A stretch of 27,797 nt of DNA. Source: Nitrospirota bacterium. Its GTDB lineage: Bacteria; Nitrospirota; Nitrospiria; Nitrospirales; UBA8639. Below, piece by piece: positions 25,384-27,797 of the stretch. The stretch spans positions 1,273,879-1,301,675 of the forward strand of contig CP070743.1 in NCBI GenBank assembly GCA_020348185.1, in the 5' to 3' direction. Within the stretch, counting starts at the first letter, position 1, and every line of letters starts with the position of its first letter. The notes beneath the pieces were generated by a model, which made no database searches, was not told the DNA's origin, and saw only the letters and a list, made by a program, of their open reading frames with translations. A program made the translations under genes and the position numbers.

Positions 25384-26019
25384 TCAGAACTCCAGGGCTT
25401 GATAATGTTTCGAATACACTCCTGTTGTGGGCTCTCCAAAGCCTAATGATGCCGTTTCCGGAGTCGTGCGATTATGGAGATTAATGGCATAGTGGCCACG
25501 GACGTGCTCCATGGCCTCTTCAAAGGGAATACTTGTTGGGTAAAACTCCCCTGGTGCATGTGCTCCTCGGCTTAACGCCTTGGCGGCATCGGGAACTGCA
25601 TACTCAGGATCAGAAAAGATATAGAAGTCGGCAATGGCAAAATCTCCCAATTCATCCTCTGCCGTCGTGGGTGGGACGATTTTTGAGAGAGTCCCATCCG
25701 CCCGGGCGATTCGGAGGTGATTGATCAGTGCCATCACCTGACTGTCGGTGGTATCTGGAGGAACGAGGAGAGTAATCGCGTTCATATCCGGGATGGTGGC
25801 CTTGGTTTTGAAACTGGGAACCAGGTCACTGGATATTGTTGAAAGCCTCATGGATCCGACAGATTGAGCCGGCTTTCCTGGGCGCAGTTTGTCATCTTTA
25901 GATTTGGGGATGATCATCGTAATAAAAAGCCAGAGGCCGATGATCACCCCAAAAATCACAATAATAGGGTGCACGCCGACCCGTTTCCCTTGATTTGATT
26001 TTTCAGATTGTTCTGCCAT
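25384..26019 (-). CDS. Hypothetical membrane-anchored protein (211 aa)
   Basis: Single N-terminal TM (PIIVIFGVIIGLWLFITMII), soluble C-terminal domain; 18 bp downstream of mazG. Confidence 0.75.
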   Translation of the reverse strand: MAEQSEKSNQGKRVGVHPIIVIFGVIIGLWLFITMIIPKSKDDKLRPGKPAQSVGSMRLSTISSDLVPSFKTKATIPDMNAITLLVPPDTTDSQVMALINHLRIARADGTLSKIVPPTTAEDELGDFAIADFYIFSDPEYAVPDAAKALSRGAHAPGEFYPTSIPFEEAMEHVRGHYAINLHNRTTPETASLGFGEPTTGVYSKHYQALEF

Positions 26020-26037
26020 AATTATTGGCTTACCTTT

Positions 26038-26880
26038 TCATGACCGTTCTTTCAATTTCGCTTCTTCCCACCATCGGTCTAACTCCTCGTCAGAACAGTC
26101 ACCGATGGCACGTTTTTGTTGAGCGGCTTGCTTCTCAAGAAAGTGAAATCGATGGATGAAACGGTTCGTGGCTTTTCGAAGGGCTTCTTCGGGATTAACT
26201 TTAAGAAACCGAGCCACGTTGACCACGGAAAATAACACATCACCCAACTCGGCCTCGATCTCCCTTTCGGTTTGGCTTTGATGATCGGAGGGAGTTGGAG
26301 ACGCCTCTTTCCCGAACGCCTGAGAAGCGGCCACAAACAGTTCGTCAAATTCTTCTCGTAACTTGTTCAAAACTGGTGGGGCGCTTTTCCAATCGAACCC
26401 GCCACGAGCTACTCGTTTTTGCACTTGATGGGCTCGCTGAAGGGCAGGCGACACTTTGGGGATGCCATCCAAAAGGGAGTTGGATCGGGCCGTGTCCTGT
26501 TTCTCCTGACTTTTGATGGTTTCCCACTGATGGGCGACTTGATCTGCACTATGGATACCTTCCTGATCGTGTTGTTTCTGGAAAACGTGAGGATGTCTCC
26601 TGACAAGTTTTTGCGCTAAGTGGTCGGCAATTTCGTTGAAGGTAAACTCCGATCGTTCGGATGCGATTTGTGAATGAAAGAGAACTTGGAGAAGCAAATC
26701 GCCCAGTTCCTCTTTTAAGGAGCCTGGATCACCAGCGTCAATCGCTTCTAAGACTTCATAGGTTTCTTCGAGAAGGTAGGGCTTGAGAGAATCGTGAGTT
26801 TGCCGGCGATCCCAGGGGCATCCGTCTGGAGCCCTCAGACGTGCCATGAGTTCGACGAGGTTGTTAAGTTCCTGACTCAT
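26038..26880 (-). CDS. mazG: Nucleoside triphosphate pyrophosphohydrolase MazG (tandem-domain)
   Basis: MARLRAPDGCPWDRRQT, EETYE, EELGDLLLQV, KLVRRHPHVF, GFDW, EAELGDVLFSVVNVAR, AL...RF. Confidence 0.95.
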   Translation of the reverse strand: MSQELNNLVELMARLRAPDGCPWDRRQTHDSLKPYLLEETYEVLEAIDAGDPGSLKEELGDLLLQVLFHSQIASERSEFTFNEIADHLAQKLVRRHPHVFQKQHDQEGIHSADQVAHQWETIKSQEKQDTARSNSLLDGIPKVSPALQRAHQVQKRVARGGFDWKSAPPVLNKLREEFDELFVAASQAFGKEASPTPSDHQSQTEREIEAELGDVLFSVVNVARFLKVNPEEALRKATNRFIHRFHFLEKQAAQQKRAIGDCSDEELDRWWEEAKLKERS

Positions 26881-27083
26881 AAGAGAAAGTTCAAAGAGCC
26901 GCTGATAAAAATGAGATACCGGAATTCATACTTTAACCCTAGACCTAAACATCGAAAGAGGGAATCCGGACGCTAATGAGAGGTATTATACTGGTTTCTC
27001 CAGGTGGTTCAATGAGTAGTTTCTTGCAGCCGGTCCTTCAATAATGGTACGGTTTCTTCAAATATTTTGGGGAGGGAATGGGT

Positions 27084-27506
27084 ATGAGTGAAGAAGAAAA
27101 GGGCTTTGTTATTCGCGATAAGCGCGGAAAGACTGAGTCCGGATCTCAGACTGAGCCTGAATCACCGTCAGCCACTTCCACATCAGCTCCTAGTTCAAGC
27201 TCTCCATCATCAGAAACGGTGGCAGAGGGTCAATCTAGTCCTCCGATCAATTTCTCGTCCTTTGTCTTTTCTCTCGGTAGCTCGTCTCTGATGCTCATGG
27301 GCGAAACGTTGGATCCTCAACAACCTGCGATTCCTGTGAATCTGGCCCAGGCCAAGGAAATAATTGATATTTTATCGGTGCTTGAGGTCAAGACTAAGGG
27401 AAATCTTACTTCGGATGAGAAGTCGGTCTTAACCGATATGTTGTATACTCTACGTATGAAATATGTTGGGGTGACAACCAATAATCCCCAATCCTCGTCT
27501 TCTTAA
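27084..27506 (+). CDS. DUF1844 domain-containing protein
   Basis: FVIRDKR, Ser-rich linker, INFSSFVFSL, LAQAKEIIDILSVLEVKTKGNLT..E..L...LY.LRMKYV; GGAGG SD 8 nt before ATG 27084. Confidence 0.85.
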   Translation: MSEEEKGFVIRDKRGKTESGSQTEPESPSATSTSAPSSSSPSSETVAEGQSSPPINFSSFVFSLGSSSLMLMGETLDPQQPAIPVNLAQAKEIIDILSVLEVKTKGNLTSDEKSVLTDMLYTLRMKYVGVTTNNPQSSSS

Positions 27507-27797
27507 CTTCGGAAACTGTTGATCGTCTTTGATTCAGCAAGACCGTTCGACCATATCATCGCCAAGCTGCTACCATAGGGCAGCCAGAAACCGAAACACA
27601 GAGCATATGAGGCCGAGCTTGTTGGGGAACCGTTGAGGCGTTCAACCCGCTGACTACTTGTTTGAGTAATCATCCAGGGTTGTCGTGAATGATAAGACCA
27701 TGAAAAATGATGGGTCATCTTGACGAAATGAACATGTGTAACCAAGCACAACCCCCAAGCTGTTCGTGAGAAGGGTAGATGACATGAACTTCCTGCC

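Noticed and set aside
27503-27797. Minus-strand frame open to the window edge (includes ORF 27503..27751), and a possible plus-strand start MNFL at 27785
   Set aside because: The translation is not recognisable and the context is truncated; cannot be decided without flanking sequence

Overview
A gene-dense window of mostly core chromosome, roughly 50% GC by eye. The gene set (copper nitrite reductase NirK, single-chain transketolase, squalene/phytoene synthase, Ald, MazG, DUF1844) and a palindromic intergenic repeat suggest a nitrite-oxidising Nitrospirota (Nitrospirales); this is recognition from memory, not a database result. Left to right: a partial CDS, DsbA, cupin, periplasmic alpha-carbonic anhydrase, nirK, tkt, a small lipoprotein, a circularly permuted ATP-grasp ligase, an Alpha-E/transglutaminase fusion, a convergent GldA/F/G-like ABC + DUF4340 module, a Pal/OmpA lipoprotein, a GT2 + ArnT-like pair, htpX, a cupredoxin coupled to squalene/phytoene synthase, two ferredoxins flanking a hypothetical gene, ald, MITE/REP-like palindromes, tRNA-Pro(CGG), a membrane-anchored rhodanese, two hypotheticals, mazG and DUF1844. 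The best candidate for an uncharacterised system is the ATP-grasp + Alpha-E-transglutaminase fusion operon (6205-9616). It is a compact variant of a predicted peptide-ligation/tagging system of unknown function and has no adjacent Anbu/proteasome-type peptidase. Non-coding signals include a recurring inverted GAAACTC heptamer element and a 155-bp hairpin element with terminal inverted repeats. No CRISPR array, transposase, integrase or rRNA was seen. Start codons were refined by eye from RBS and homology cues and remain provisional.
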